A DNA stretch of 64,000 nt. Source: Eledone cirrhosa. Taxonomy: Eukaryota. Below are positions 27,977 through 42,315 of the stretch, piece by piece. The notes under the pieces were generated by a model. The model saw nothing but the letters and a program-made list of their open reading frames with translations, made no database searches and was not told the origin of the DNA. The stretch covers positions 36,518,001 through 36,582,000 of the forward strand of contig OZ024743.1 of assembly GCA_964016885.1 (NCBI GenBank), given 5' to 3'. Position 1 is the first letter of the stretch. Each line of letters opens with the position of its first letter. Position numbers and translations under genes: made by a program.

Positions 27977-28122
27977 TGAGTATATGTTGGTTGTATACCA
28001 ACACCTCAGTATGCAGATTGAAGCACTCGACGAAGTGCGCAGGTTGGTTTGGTTACTCCGGAGTAATGTAAAATAAAATAAAATAAATAAGTTAAATGTT
28101 TAAAAATTTAGCTTCGATTATT

Positions 28123-28178
28123 ACTGCTATATATATTTTGGTGACAGCCATCTTTGGCTGTGAGCCTCTTCAGGCAGT
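28123..28178 (-). ncRNA. Hammerhead family A, left arm of inverted pair (GAAA mutated to AAAA)
   Basis: Minus strand: actgc-CTGAAGA-ggctcacagccaaagatggctgtcacc-AAAA-tatata-TA-gcagt. Confidence 0.7.
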
Positions 28179-28303
28179 CCGAATTAGTCTGGTAGAGACG
28201 AGTACACGTGTTGTTGAGGTGTATAACTTTGTCAATACTCTGATATGCCCAGTTCCTGGTTGGGTTGTTATTTCACTGAGGAACTGGAATCATACTAATT
28301 CGG

Positions 28304-28358
28304 ACTGCCGGAAGAGGTCACAGCCAAAGATGGCTGTCACCGAAATATATATAGCAGT
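28304..28358 (+). ncRNA. Hammerhead family A, right arm of inverted pair (core CGGAAGA)
   Basis: actgc-CGGAAGA-ggtcacagccaaagatggctgtcacc-GAAA-tatata-TA-gcagt. Confidence 0.7.
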
Positions 28359-28410
28359 AATAAACGAAGCTAAATTTTTAAACATTTGACTTATTTATTT
28401 TATTTTATTT

Positions 28411-28475
<65 letters not shown>

Positions 28476-28605
28476 CAGTCGATTGACTTTCGTCAAATCG
28501 GACCGAGGAAACAATGTTTCCATTGGTCTTTCCAATTGCTAATACTATCTATCGGTCGCAACTCCAGGTAGAAGGAGCAACGTGAAATAAATATATAAAT
28601 ATATA

Positions 28606-28680
<75 letters not shown>

Positions 28681-28694
28681 TATCGAATATATAT

Positions 28695-28760
<66 letters not shown>

Positions 28761-28838
28761 CATATATAGATATATTTATATAATTTAAATATAGTATTAG
28801 GAAAATATAAATACTATGAAAATCAAGAAATATGAAGT

Positions 28839-28899
<61 letters not shown>

Positions 28900-29317
28900 G
28901 TATATACATATATACACACACACATATATGTCATATATTCCATAACTTCATATTTCATGATCTTCATAGTATTTATATTTTCCTAATCATATATTTTATT
29001 TTTATTTTTATATTATTATTTATTTTTTTCATTTTTCCCCTTCTTATCTTTCATACCTTATATTCTACTTATTTCCTTAATACCGACATCACCCAGGCAT
29101 CACTTGCTCACCCACCCCTCATAGTTTTCACCATTACTATAATCCTATATATATTTCACGGCCCTTAGTTGTTACACTATAACTCTATAATTCATAGTTT
29201 TATATCTTTTAAAATCTTTATTGTATATTACACATTATATTTTATAATATATTACATTATATCTTATGATATATTATACATTATATCTTATAATATATTG
29301 TACATTATATTTTATAG

Positions 29318-29530
29318 GATTGGCAATATCGGTAGAGGGTCGGACGCCATGCTTTGCAGCATAGAGTTACGGCCCTTTATGATATGAGTTCAAATCCCGT
29401 CGAGGTTAACTTTGCTTTTCATCCTTACGGGGTCGATAAAATGACGTACCAGTCACACACTGGGGTCGATTTAATCGAGTTTCCCCTCCCCCAAAATTGC
29501 ACGCCTTGTGCCTATATAAGAAACCATTAT
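29318..29530 (+). mobile_element. tRNA-derived SINE, major family (long-body variant)
   Basis: ggattggcaatatcggtagagggtcggacgccatgc...gagttcaaatcccgtcgaggttaactttgc...ggggtcgatttaatcga. Confidence 0.9.
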
Positions 29531-29543
29531 ATTCTATAATATA

Positions 29544-30515
29544 CTAGCCGAATTACCCGCGCCTTGCTGCACATTTCTTTTTGTAAGAAAATGATGATTG
29601 ATTTTAAATCAGTGATATAATTTATGGAGAAAAACTCTGCATTTCAATATTACTGAATGTAAAATGTAATGCATGAAAAATTGGAAAACATTATTTTTTG
29701 TAATATATCAAATCAAAATTACATTATTAAATCTTATTCTTATTTTGTTTCTTGTAAATAATTTTTTTCAAAATATCAATTCAAAACTTTTTTGAATAGG
29801 CATCATGTCTTTCAGAACATATATATGGTTATGGGGGTCTATCTCCAAAACCATAGGAGGAGTTCGTGAAATCTTGTTCCATTTATTGGCCAGAACTTTC
29901 ACTATAGGGGATTTAACCCCCATTAGGGTGTCTTAATATTATTGAAATTTGCTGAAGTTGTGTGAATAGGCATCAAATCTTGTCATTTATCTATGGTTTA
30001 AATTTCATATAAATCGAAGCGAAAAAGTTTCAGCGGGGGTTTTCAGTGGAGATTTGTGCCTCCGGGAACCCTTTAATTAAAATGAAATATACTTATCCAA
30101 GTACCCTGGGCAATGTAGTTTCAGAATATATATAGTTATGGGGGTCTATCTCCAAAACCATAGGAGGAGTTTGTGAAATCTTATTCCATTTATTGGCCAA
30201 CATTTTCACTATAGGGGGTTTAACCCCCATTAGGGTGTCTTAATATTATTGAAATTTGCTGAAGATTTGGGAATAGACATCATATCTTGTCATTTACCTA
30301 TGGTTTAAATTTCATATAAATCGAAGGGGAAAAGTTTTCAGCGGGTGTTTGTGCCCCCGGGGAACCTTTGGTTAAAATAAAATATACTTATCCAAGTACC
30401 CTGGGCAATGTAATTTCAGAATATATATGGTTATAGGGGTCTATCTCCAAAACCACAAGAGGAGTTCGCGAACAAACAAACAAACAGACAGGAACTACAA
30501 CTTTATATATATAGA
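29544..30515 (-). mobile_element. Non-autonomous Helitron with ~300-bp internal tandem duplication
   Basis: The + strand starts aCTAGccgaattacccgcgccttgctgc (3' CTAG + hairpin) and ends ctttatatatatAGAt (5' TC). The motif ggggtctatctccaaaacca recurs at about 29833, 30140 and 30436. Confidence 0.75.
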
Positions 30516-30608
30516 TTATACATTATACTTTATTTTAATCTGTATCAAATGTTCCATTTCTTTCTATTCTTTATATTTTATTTTAAATTACATTACAGTT
30601 TATTTTGC

Positions 30609-31000
30609 ATATTTCCTCGATACCAACACCGCCACCATCAACACCACTAACTCCGTCCCTAGCCTCCATCAGTCACCCCTCGTAGTTATTTCTCTACCCG
30701 CTATCATATATACACTCATATATACACTCTTATATACACCATATCATATAACTTCACATTTCCTATTTCATAATCATAATCATTATAATCTCTATATATT
30801 AATTTATTTTATGTCAATTTTAATTTTAATCTTAATTTAAAATCTATTTTTTATAAAATCCTCTTTCACTATAGTATTTCAGACTTTATATATTATCCTT
30901 GATACTACCACTTCACAGTATTTTAACCCGCTACCACTAAATACTCACTGAACTGTTCCATTTTATTCTGCCAATTCAAACAGTATTTAGCCATAAAAAA

Positions 31001-31049
<49 letters not shown>

Positions 31050-32003
31050 TAGCAGCAGTACCCAGCGTTGCCTGGATAGGTAAAATAATATCTGGTTTGA
31101 TGAAAAGGTGTTGATCTTAGCGACTGCTTCTCGATGACTCATCTATGGCCACACACAGGCCATGCGGGGGAGGGTGGTGATGACCTCTATCACTGAGAAA
31201 CGCGGGTGACTGACGAAGGGGCATGCTAGGGGAGGGAGTTTCGAATTTGAACGAAATCGGTTGAAAAATGTGGGAGCTAGAGCCGAAAAGGCGGAAATTT
31301 GAGCGAAAAGATGGTATTTTCGAATATTTAAGCGGCTGCCACGCCGTTCCTGAACAAAAAATCAAAAATGTAAAGCCACTTTAAGACGTGAAATAATCAA
31401 ATCTAGCGTTCAATTTTGGTGGAGGGGAAAGTCGATTAAATCGACCCCAGTGTGTCACTGGTACTTTATTTTATCGACCCCGTAAGGATGAAAAGCAAAG
31501 TTAACCTCGACGGGATTTGAACTCAGATCATAAAGGGCAGTAACTCTATGCTGCAAAGCATGGCGTCCGACCCTCTACCGATATTGCCAATCCTATAAAA
31601 TATAATGTACAATATTTCCTCGATACCAACACCCCCACCATCACCACCACTAACTCCATCCCTAGCCGCCATCAGTCACCCCTCGTAGTTATTTCTCTAC
31701 CCGCTATCATATATACACTCATATATACACTCTTATATACATCATATCATATAACTTCACATTTCCTATTTCATAATCATAATCATTATAATCTCTATAT
31801 ATTAATTTATTTTATGTCAATTTTAATTTTAATCTTAATTTAAAATCTATTTTTTATAAAATCCTCTTTCACTATAGTATTTCAGACTTTATATATTATC
31901 CTTGATACTACCACTTCACAGTATTTTAACCCGCTACCACTAAATACTCACTGAACTGTTCCATTTTATTCTGCCAATTCAAACAGTATTTAGCCATAAA
32001 AAA

Positions 32004-32048
<45 letters not shown>

Positions 32049-32808
32049 TAGCAGCAGTACCCAGCGTTGCCTGGATAGGTAAAATAATATCTGGTTTGAT
32101 GAAAAGGTGTTGATCTTAGCGACTGCTTCTCGATGACTCATCTATGGCCACACACAGGCCATGCGGGGGAGGGTGGTGATGACCTCTATCACTGAGAAAC
32201 GCGGGTGACTGACGAAGGGGCATGCTAGGGGAGGGAGTTTCGAATTTGAACGAAATCGGTTGAAAAATGTGGGAGCTAGAGCCGAAAAGGCGGAAATTTG
32301 AGCGAAAAGATGGTATTTTCGAATATTTAAGCGGCTGCCACGCCGTTCCTGAACAAAAAATCAAAAATGTAAAGCCACTTTAAGACGTGAAATAATCAAA
32401 TCTAGCGTTCAATTTTGGTGGAGGGGAAAGTCGATTAAATCGACCCCAGTGTGTCACTGGTACTTTATTTTATCGACCCCGTAAGGATGAAAAGCAAAGT
32501 TAACCTCGACGGGATTTGAACTCAGATCATAAAGGGCAGTAACTCTATGCTGCAAAGCATGGCGTCCGACCCTCTACCGATATTGCCAATCCTATAAAAT
32601 ATAATGTACAATATTTCCTCGATACCAACACCCCCACCATCACCACCACTAACTCCATCCCTAGCCGCCATCAGTCACCCCTCGTAGTTATTTCTCTACC
32701 CGCTATCATATATACACTCATATATACACTCTTATATACATCATATCATATAACTTCACATTTCCTATTTCATAATCATAATCTTTATAATCTCTATATC
32801 TTAATTTA
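30609..32808. repeat. ~1-kb tandem segmental duplication (2.2 units)
   Basis: atatttcctcgataccaacacc at 30609, 31612 and 32611; identical ORFs at 31117 and 32116 (offset 999). Confidence 0.95.
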
Positions 32809-33252
32809 ACAAAGTAGATTGATTAATGTGGGAGCTAGAGCCGAAAAAGTGGAAATTTGAGTCTAAAAGTGGTATTTTTGAATATTTAAGCGGCTGCCAC
32901 GCCGTCCCTGAACAACAAATGACAAGTATAAAGCGATTACGTGATGTGCAATGATAAATTCTATTTTGCTTTAAAATTTGAACGAAATCTGTGGCAATAT
33001 GTGGGAGCTAGAGCCAAAAATCTTATTTTTCGATACCTAGAAAAAGGTGACACCCCCCCCCCCCCCCCTATCGATTTTTATCTGCAGAATGACCCCGGAA
33101 TAAAAAAAAAAACGATACGCTGATATATAGAAAACACTCCCCGATGACTAATCTATGAGCCTGTAAAGTTTCATGAAAATCGGTCGTAAGATGTAGGCCC
33201 CTATAGGTAATACACAGACATACAGACATACTTAATTTTATATATATACAGA
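31049..33252 (-). mobile_element. Non-autonomous Helitron, fragmented by the tandem duplication
   Basis: aCTAGcagcagtacccagcgttgcctgg 3' ends at 31049 and 32048. The remainder, 32826-33252, ends in cagacatacagacatacttaattttatatatata. Confidence 0.6.
31413..31593 (-). mobile_element. tRNA-derived SINE, major family (second copy at 32412-32592)
   Basis: Reverse complement of 29318-29495. Confidence 0.9.
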
Positions 33253-33276
33253 TATATATATATATATATATATATA

Positions 33277-33476
33277 TAGGAAAAGAGTCAGAACCCCAAC
33301 GGCAGAGCTCAAGCCGTTTCGACAGCTATTTCTGGACTCATATTTCTGGACTCATATTTCTGGACTCGAGTCCAGAAATAGCTGTCGAAACGGCTTGAGA
33401 TCTGCCGCCGGGGTTCTGAGTCTTTTCCTATTACCCACTCTACTACCCAAACTATCGACTACTCTGGTGCGTTCCT

Positions 33477-33495
<19 letters not shown>
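33277..33495 (+). repeat. Family B fold-back cassette (3' half-hammerhead + tail)
   Basis: Palindrome centred on ctcgag (33365-33370). Right arm gctgtc-GAAA-cggc..gccg-CC-ggggt, then tail tattacccactctactacc...ccttcgtta(TA)n. Confidence 0.85.
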
Positions 33496-33811
<316 letters not shown>

Positions 33812-33853
33812 AGACATACATATATATATCTTCTCCTTCAATATTTAACCATA

Positions 33854-33939
<86 letters not shown>

Positions 33940-33973
33940 ATGTATATATATATATATTTATTGTGGTTAAATA

Positions 33974-34140
<167 letters not shown>

Positions 34141-34142
34141 AG

Positions 34143-34315
34143 TTCTACTGGTTATATGTAGCCCAGTACAACTTGCTGGATGGCCGGGTCGTCGGTGACT
34201 AAACCAGCACCTCGACCAAGCTTGCTTGGTGAGGAGGGGGATTTTGAACACCCTGCGGCATGAAAGAAAACACTCGTTAAAGGGTTGAGGAACTCAGGAG
34301 AGTCAACGGGTGTCC
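34143..34315 (+). mobile_element. RTE-type 5'UTR fragment related to the bipartite element
   Basis: ctactggtta.atgt..cccagtacaac...gggtcgt.gg.gactaaac...cttggtgaggaggg aligns by eye with 2085-2250. Confidence 0.7.
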
Positions 34316-34484
34316 AATAGTGTTTACATATCTACATATTGAGTAAAGATATGTATACATATAAGTATGTGAGTATGCGTGTGTGTATGTATGTATGTAT
34401 GTATGTATGTATGTATGTATGTATGTATGTATGTATGTATGTATGTATGTATGTATGTATGTATGTGTATATGTATGTGTATAT

Positions 34485-36990
34485 GAGAAGGAAACTCAAA
34501 TAATCAAAATCCTCTTACTTTGGTTGCGGTCTGCTGAGAAATGTGCTACTGCAACCAAGGGAGCAGTAACACTGGTGAGATCAAACTCCATGATAAATAA
34601 AACATGACGTCTGTTGTTTACAGTCTTTGTGGCCAGTTCTGAGCCAAAAAGTGTGGTGGTTTTTTTAAACAAGCCTTCACCACTTAAAACAAATCATCCG
34701 TGTGGGTATTCTAACAATTAAAATCAGTTTAGTTCCTCACAGCTTCACCTATTTGCAGCAAAGTCCTCTGGCGATTATTAGCAGATAAAAGATATTACCG
34801 GATTATTAGAAGATAAAAGATATTACCGGATTATTAGCAGATAAAAGATATTACCGGAGGTTTCTAACTGGAGTTCTACGCAGTGGTGACCACAATATCA
34901 AGGTCCAGCTGTTGGTCTAACAAATACACAGCTCCCACAAAGCGTAGCATGGATAAATGATAAGAACTCATCGATCAAACAGCAGGCATACAAAAAGTAC
35001 AAGATTCAGGTTCAATGTGCTCTCAGGAAAATATAAGAGGCTTGGTTGTCTGAAAAGGCTACTGAACTCCAACAAGCTACAGATAGGAAGCACTCTAAGG
35101 CCTTCTATGGTGGTCTGGGGAAGGTGTGTGGTCCTCAAGAGAGTGATGTCTCACTGGTTCTCTCATCTGATAGAAAGACACTTTTGACAGATGAGTGAAA
35201 GGATGAAAAATCGAGAAAAGATGAAAAAAGCACTTTGAAACTGTATTGAACTGCACCTCTGTCATGGGTGATGACGTCATAGCGTCCATTTCCCAACATC
35301 CTGGAATACAAGAAATGTCTATTGAACCAACACTGCAGAAAGTGAAGGACTCAATGAAGTAAATTTCCTGTGGTAAATTACCAGGAAGGGATGCTATTCT
35401 GCCAGAGATTTATAAGTATGGTGGACAAAAGCTGGTTAGAAAACTGCAAGAGCTCTCCAAAACAATTTGGAGGTTTGGTCATGTTCCCCAGGGGAACAAC
35501 AAGGACCCGTCCATCAAACATCTCTACTAGAACAAAGGAAATAGGAGTGTATGTGATAACCATCGTGGGATATCGCTTCTGTCAATTGCTGGTAAAATCT
35601 CAGCCAGGCTGATACTCAATAAGATCATCAAATATATCGTCAACTATATTTACTCTGAATCACAATCGTTCAGGCCGTGGCACAATCAACATGATTTTTT
35701 CTCTTCGTCAGGTTGCTGAGAAGGTCTATGAGAGAAATCAGGACAAATATATTGTGTTCGCAGATCTAACCAAGGCTAACACTGTAAATCGGCAGGCACT
35801 CTGGAAAGAAGCTCTGGATACCTAAGATGCTTAACATCATTGTCTCCTTCCATGAGGCGGGGTGGGGGGTAAGCTACTGCTTTATCTGATGGGGAGCTGT
35901 GTCATCGCTCCATTTCTTTTTGCACTATTCTTTTCGGTGATGCTGAAATATGCCTTCAATGAAAAAGACACAGGTATTAGATTTCAATTTCGAACGATTG
36001 GCGGTCTATTCAACCGTCAATGATTCAAAGTTAAAACGCTTCTGCAGACCAGCATCATTCACAATCTCCTTTTTGTAGATGACGCTGAACCTGTAGCAAC
36101 ATCTTTAGAGGAAGCCCAGGAACACGTAAACCGTTTTTCTGTTGCAAGTGAAACCTTCATGCTTACCATCAGTATAAGGAAAACAGAGGTGATCTACCAA
36201 CCATGCTCTATGCCCAAACGATTACAAAGTGTCAAACAGAAACCACCAGTTCACCAGTTCCCAGACACTCCTATAAAGATCGATGAGAAGAATCTCAAAT
36301 ATGTGAAATCGTTTACATATTTTGGCAGTAAGGTGAACTCAAATGCATCGCTCGAAGACAAGATAATTAACCGTATAGGGAAATCCACGAGTACATTTCG
36401 CAAGCTCCGTCATCGCCTTTGGAATGAGAGGGCCATAAAGCTGGACAGTAAGATGCAGGTTTATAAAGCTGTTGAACTGACCACACTCTGATGTGGATCA
36501 GAATCTTGGACTCGATATACGTCAGGCATCAACCAGCTAGACGCCTTTCATGTCTTCATGCAATCTGTGGATACACTTTGAAGACAAAATATCTAACGTT
36601 GACCTCTTCACTAAGTGCAAGATTGGAGGCAGTGAAACCTTTCTTATGAAATGACAACTATGTAGAGCCAGCTTGATGGTTGGTAAAGCACTGTTGGAAG
36701 GTCATCGCTCAGGTAAAAAAATAAGCTGAAGAGTATTCTTTCTGCAACAAATATACATTATGAGACATTTGAGCAAGTGGCCTTGCAGCAGAAGAACTGG
36801 TGATCTGTGTGTCATAATGGGATCATGAATTTCGAGTGCGAATGTATCCATAGGCTACAAGAAACAGGAAGGAGCAGAAAAGCATTATCAAACATACCAG
36901 GAACATCATCCAGTAAACCTCACCCTTGCACTATGTGTGGACTTGCTATCCAATATACACATCCAAACTGAATGAACTGAATAGGTTGTT
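34485..36990 (+). pseudogene. Decayed RTE-clade LINE (5'UTR remnant, RT region, 3' end)
   Basis: NHRGISLLSIAGKISARLILNKI, GRGTINMIFSLRQ, VFADLTKA, LLFVDDA, LTISIRKTEV, F.YFGS, VYKAV.LTTL. Many stops and frameshifts. Confidence 0.85.
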
Positions 36991-37049
36991 TCGATACCTA
37001 TACGTTGAAATCGACGGGAGAGTCCATCAAATATATATACATACATATA

Positions 37050-37366
<317 letters not shown>

Positions 37367-37412
37367 AAATAAAATATATAAGTCAAATGTTTAAAATTTG
37401 GCTTCGTTTATT

Positions 37413-37475
37413 ACTGCTATATATATTTCGGTATTTCGGTGACAGCCATCTTTGGCTGTGACTTCTTCAGGCATT
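37413..37475 (-). ncRNA. Hammerhead family A, degenerate (short duplication after GAAA)
   Basis: Minus strand: aatgc-CTGAAGA-agtcacagccaaagatggctgtcacc-GAAA-taccgaaa-tatata-TA-gcagt. Cassette 37360-37587 matches 28075-28272. Confidence 0.65.
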
Positions 37476-37583
37476 CCGAATTAGTGTGGTAGAGACGAGT
37501 ACACATGTTGAGGTGTATAACTTTGTCAATACTCTGATAAGCCCAGTTCCTAGTTGGGTTGTTATTTACAACCAACATATACT

Positions 37584-37625
<42 letters not shown>

Positions 37626-37684
37626 CAAGGCTCTGATACCATCAACACTATAAACACAGAACTGGCATATCTAAGAACTGACTA

Positions 37685-37740
37685 ACTGCCTGATGAGGTC
37701 ATAGCCATTCAATGGCTATCATCGAAATATATATAGCAGT
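37685..37740 (+). ncRNA. Minimal type-I hammerhead ribozyme, family A (intact)
   Basis: actgc-CTGATGA-ggt c atagcca ttcaa tggctat c atc-GAAA-tatata-TA-gcagt. Confidence 0.85.
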
Positions 37741-37789
37741 AAATAAAGGATTATGAGTTCAATTGACTTATGTTTCGTCACTATATATA

Positions 37790-37858
<69 letters not shown>

Positions 37859-37890
37859 CAAGAATAAACGAGACAGACAGAAATGCAAAA

Positions 37891-37968
<78 letters not shown>

Positions 37969-38056
37969 ATATGTATATATATATATATATGTGTATATAT
38001 GTATATATATATATATATATATATAGTTAAAAGAATAGAGGTGTAACACAAGTTAT

Positions 38057-38767
<711 letters not shown>

Positions 38768-38778
38768 GTATATATATC

Positions 38779-38870
<92 letters not shown>

Positions 38871-39099
38871 GCAAATAAATAAATAAATATATAGACAGAC
38901 TGAATAAAAAATGGCGTAGACATACAACACAACAGGAGGAAAAAATATAACACCACTGACGATGTTGGAGATGTGCAACGAAAGATTTATGTAAATTATG
39001 TAAACTATATATATGTGTTTGTGTCTATATTGTATCTGTATTATTTTTGACCGTCGGTCAGTCAATCGCAACATTGAGGACCGAGTAAGTTAGATCGCA

Positions 39100-39193
39100 G
39101 ATATAAAAGACAGCGAGAAGCGAAAACCAACCAAACAGTGAGTGTGTTCTGTTATTAATTCTGGCAATATTACATAAATATGACCCTCCCCAA

Positions 39194-39259
<66 letters not shown>

Positions 39260-39365
39260 TTATACTTGGGGAGGGTCATGTTGTTATAATATTGCCAGAA
39301 ATAGAAATAATAACAGAACACACTCACTGTTTGGTTGGTTTTCGCTTCTGTATCTTTTATATCTC
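39100..39365. repeat. Inverted repeat around (TA)n, built from a repeat terminus
   Basis: gaagcgaaaaccaaccaaacagtgagtgtgttctg...atgaccctccccaagtata is mirrored after the TA tract. The same terminus (tatactt.gggagggtcatgttg) occurs at 43515 and 63938. Confidence 0.85.
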
Positions 39366-39431
39366 CATAGTTAATTTATAACAATATTTGTTTCGACACA
39401 CGATTTCATATCAAAAACATTGCAAAACAAA

Positions 39432-39496
<65 letters not shown>

Positions 39497-39640
39497 AGTC
39501 AATACGCAATAAATATTTTTCATATGTAAACGAAACTTCCTCGTTTTTTCTATTATATACACTCTGTCTGTGTATAGAGTGCTTTATTTGGTACCAACAC
39601 CAATATTTCACCGTACCACTACACTATATATATATATATA

Positions 39641-39813
39641 TATATTTAATAGAAAAAACGAGGAAGTTTCGTTTACATATGAAAAATATTTATTGCGTAT
39701 TGACTTGTTGCGCGCGTTTCGCCAATCACCAGTGAAACGCGCGCAACAAGTCAATACGCAATAAATATTTTTCATATGTAAACGAAACTTCTTCGTTTTT
39801 TCTATTAAATATA
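39641..39813. repeat. Family E fold-back (80-bp arms, 13-nt loop) carrying GAAAcgcgcg half-hammerhead
   Basis: ...acttgttgcgcgcgtttc-gccaatcaccagt-gaaacgcgcgcaacaagt...; one mismatch seen. The arm also occurs at 39495-39560. Confidence 0.9.
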
Positions 39814-39815
39814 TA

Positions 39816-39855
<40 letters not shown>

Positions 39856-40004
39856 TAGAAATGTCCATGATCTCCAGAAGACAACTGGTGAAAGGAAATT
39901 ACCCCCGTCCGTGCTTTCCTCTCATTTATAAGTACACTTTATCCACCAACAACACAGCCCCTGTTCCTTCACATTATATATATGTGAATCATATATATAT
40001 GTAA

Positions 40005-40055
40005 GGCTTCCTGATGATTTCTCCCGAATGAAATAGTTCCAGTCCTGTAGAAGCC
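40005..40055 (+). ncRNA. Minimal type-I hammerhead ribozyme, family D
   Basis: ggcttc-CTGATGA-t ttc tccc gaa t-GAAA-tag ttccagtc ctg-TA-gaagcc; 6-bp stem I. Confidence 0.75.
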
Positions 40056-40169
40056 ATTTCTATATTAAATATTTATACTCTGTTATGTATTGAGTACCTT
40101 ACTTACTGTGGTTACCCTCGGCTGAACCCGGGATATATATTTATATATATATATATATATAAGTATATA

Positions 40170-40264
<95 letters not shown>

Positions 40265-40505
40265 GGGCGCTGCGGAGTTGCAAATGGGTTACATATGAAA
40301 AAAGTTTGTCCTTCATCAGTGATCTTCCAACCATCATAGGCATTTCATCGCTTTAAAGACCATATACCTCCGGTTGGTGCGAGCAACGGCTAAAAAAATA
40401 AAAAAAGACGTTGGGACACGTAAATAAAGGGGACGCGAGGGTAAACAAACAAAATGGTGAAGCCTCAGAAAGTGAGGAAGAAAGAGACAAGTCTCAGATT
40501 ATATA

Positions 40506-40539
<34 letters not shown>

Positions 40540-41806
40540 CTAATTTTAAAAACACCAAAGATTCAAGGCCTTTTCAAACATCCATTTTTCTGATGACCTA
40601 AACTTCGTCCCGGGGTCATAGAGCTGCAGTTAAAAAAACCTCAAAATTTTAAATTTCAAAATTGGAAAAGTTTTTTTTAATTTTTATAAAATTTGTTAGT
40701 TTTATAACTTGATCTAAAACTCCATTTAATTATGACTCTACTTATGTAACTCTCTCATAAAACCTGTCATACTGATAATAATATTATTATTACTACATTC
40801 TCTATTCTTTTAACTATATATAAATATATATATATAATATCATATATTGTATTTATTATATTATATTATTCATAAGTGTGTAGCAACTTCCTTAAGCTGC
40901 TAATTATAATACACAATATGCATTAAGAAGTATTTCTGTAGTATGTGTGATGTGTGTATGTGTATGTGTATGTGGGTTTTTTTGTGTTTGTATATGTGTG
41001 TATATGTTAATTCATATATTACAATATATTCTATATATTTGTATATATCCATTAAATTTTTATTCATAGAGTCATGTGATTTACTAAAGTAGTAGAATAT
41101 TATTTAATAATATAATATGCATTATCTTTACTTCAAATTCATGTTATATGTTGTTTAAAAAGGAAACTTATTATATCTCTTAACTCTTTGATACCAAGTC
41201 TGAAGCCTTCCATTATTCTATGCTACAAACTGTTTCATTTAAAATGCTTTTGTTATCTAAACACATTCTATCACAATTCTATATAAGAACAATTGTTAAG
41301 GTATATTACAAATACCATGTTACTAAGGAGAATGTTAATATATGACTAAATTTCTCGAAATTCTTTATTCTTATTTTGAAATATGATAATGAACGAGTTA
41401 ATACATTATTAATGAATGTAGCTTTAATTATTATAAAGCAAATAGAGAACAATAATTGAAGATAACACTAATAAAAGATTTTTAAAAAACTCTTCTTTCA
41501 AAGTAACTTTTTAATTTCCATGAAATATATGTCTGTTTTAAAATTCTGTATAAATTAAAATCTACGTTTCTATGAGTTTGTTCACGTGTATGCATGTATA
41601 TATGTATACGGTCACACCAGCACACAAACACACACACACACATATATGTATCTGTGTATATATATATAGAAATGTATATTTATCAGATTGAAGGCGGTAA
41701 AGTCCAGTTAGACCATTACTCACCACCGTGCTTGGGGTAGTAGTGTGGGTAATATGAAATATTCAGGGCCCCAACGGCTGAGCTCCGGCCGTTTCTGAAT
41801 TTTTTC

Positions 41807-41842
<36 letters not shown>

Positions 41843-41905
41843 ATATACATATATGTATATATATATATATAGGTGTATATATATATATATATATATGTAT
41901 ATACG

Positions 41906-41947
<42 letters not shown>

Positions 41948-41949
41948 CG

Positions 41950-41993
<44 letters not shown>

Positions 41994-42010
41994 AGATTTG
42001 ATATAGACAT

Positions 42011-42090
42011 GGCTTCCACAGGACTAGAACTGTTTCATTCGAAGGACTTCATCAGGAAAGCCCTGAAACTGCCCTAGTCCTGTAGAAGCC
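42011..42090 (-). ncRNA. Hammerhead family D, inverted pair (full minus-strand copy with G at the cleavage position; plus-strand 3' half)
   Basis: Minus strand: ggctttc-CTGATGA-agtccttcgaat-GAAA-cag..ctg-TG-gaagcc. Plus strand 42065-42090: GAAActgccctagtcctg-TA-gaagcc. The tail tatgtattgagtaccttactt is shared with 40084. Confidence 0.65.
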
Positions 42091-42179
42091 ATCTCTGTAT
42101 TAAATCTTGTATATACTCTACTATGTATTGAGTACCTTACTTGCTGTGGCTAACTGATTGAATTCAGGATACTCATATA

Positions 42180-42279
<100 letters not shown>

Positions 42280-42315
42280 TATATATGTGTATATATATAT
42301 ATATATATATTGTCA

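Noticed and set aside
39872-39925. CAGAAGA...GAAA-ggaaa..tttcc-TC hammerhead-like string
   Set aside because: Stem III pairs but stems I and II do not; too degenerate to call.
40305-40325. CTGATGA on the minus strand
   Set aside because: No stem II or GAAA follows.
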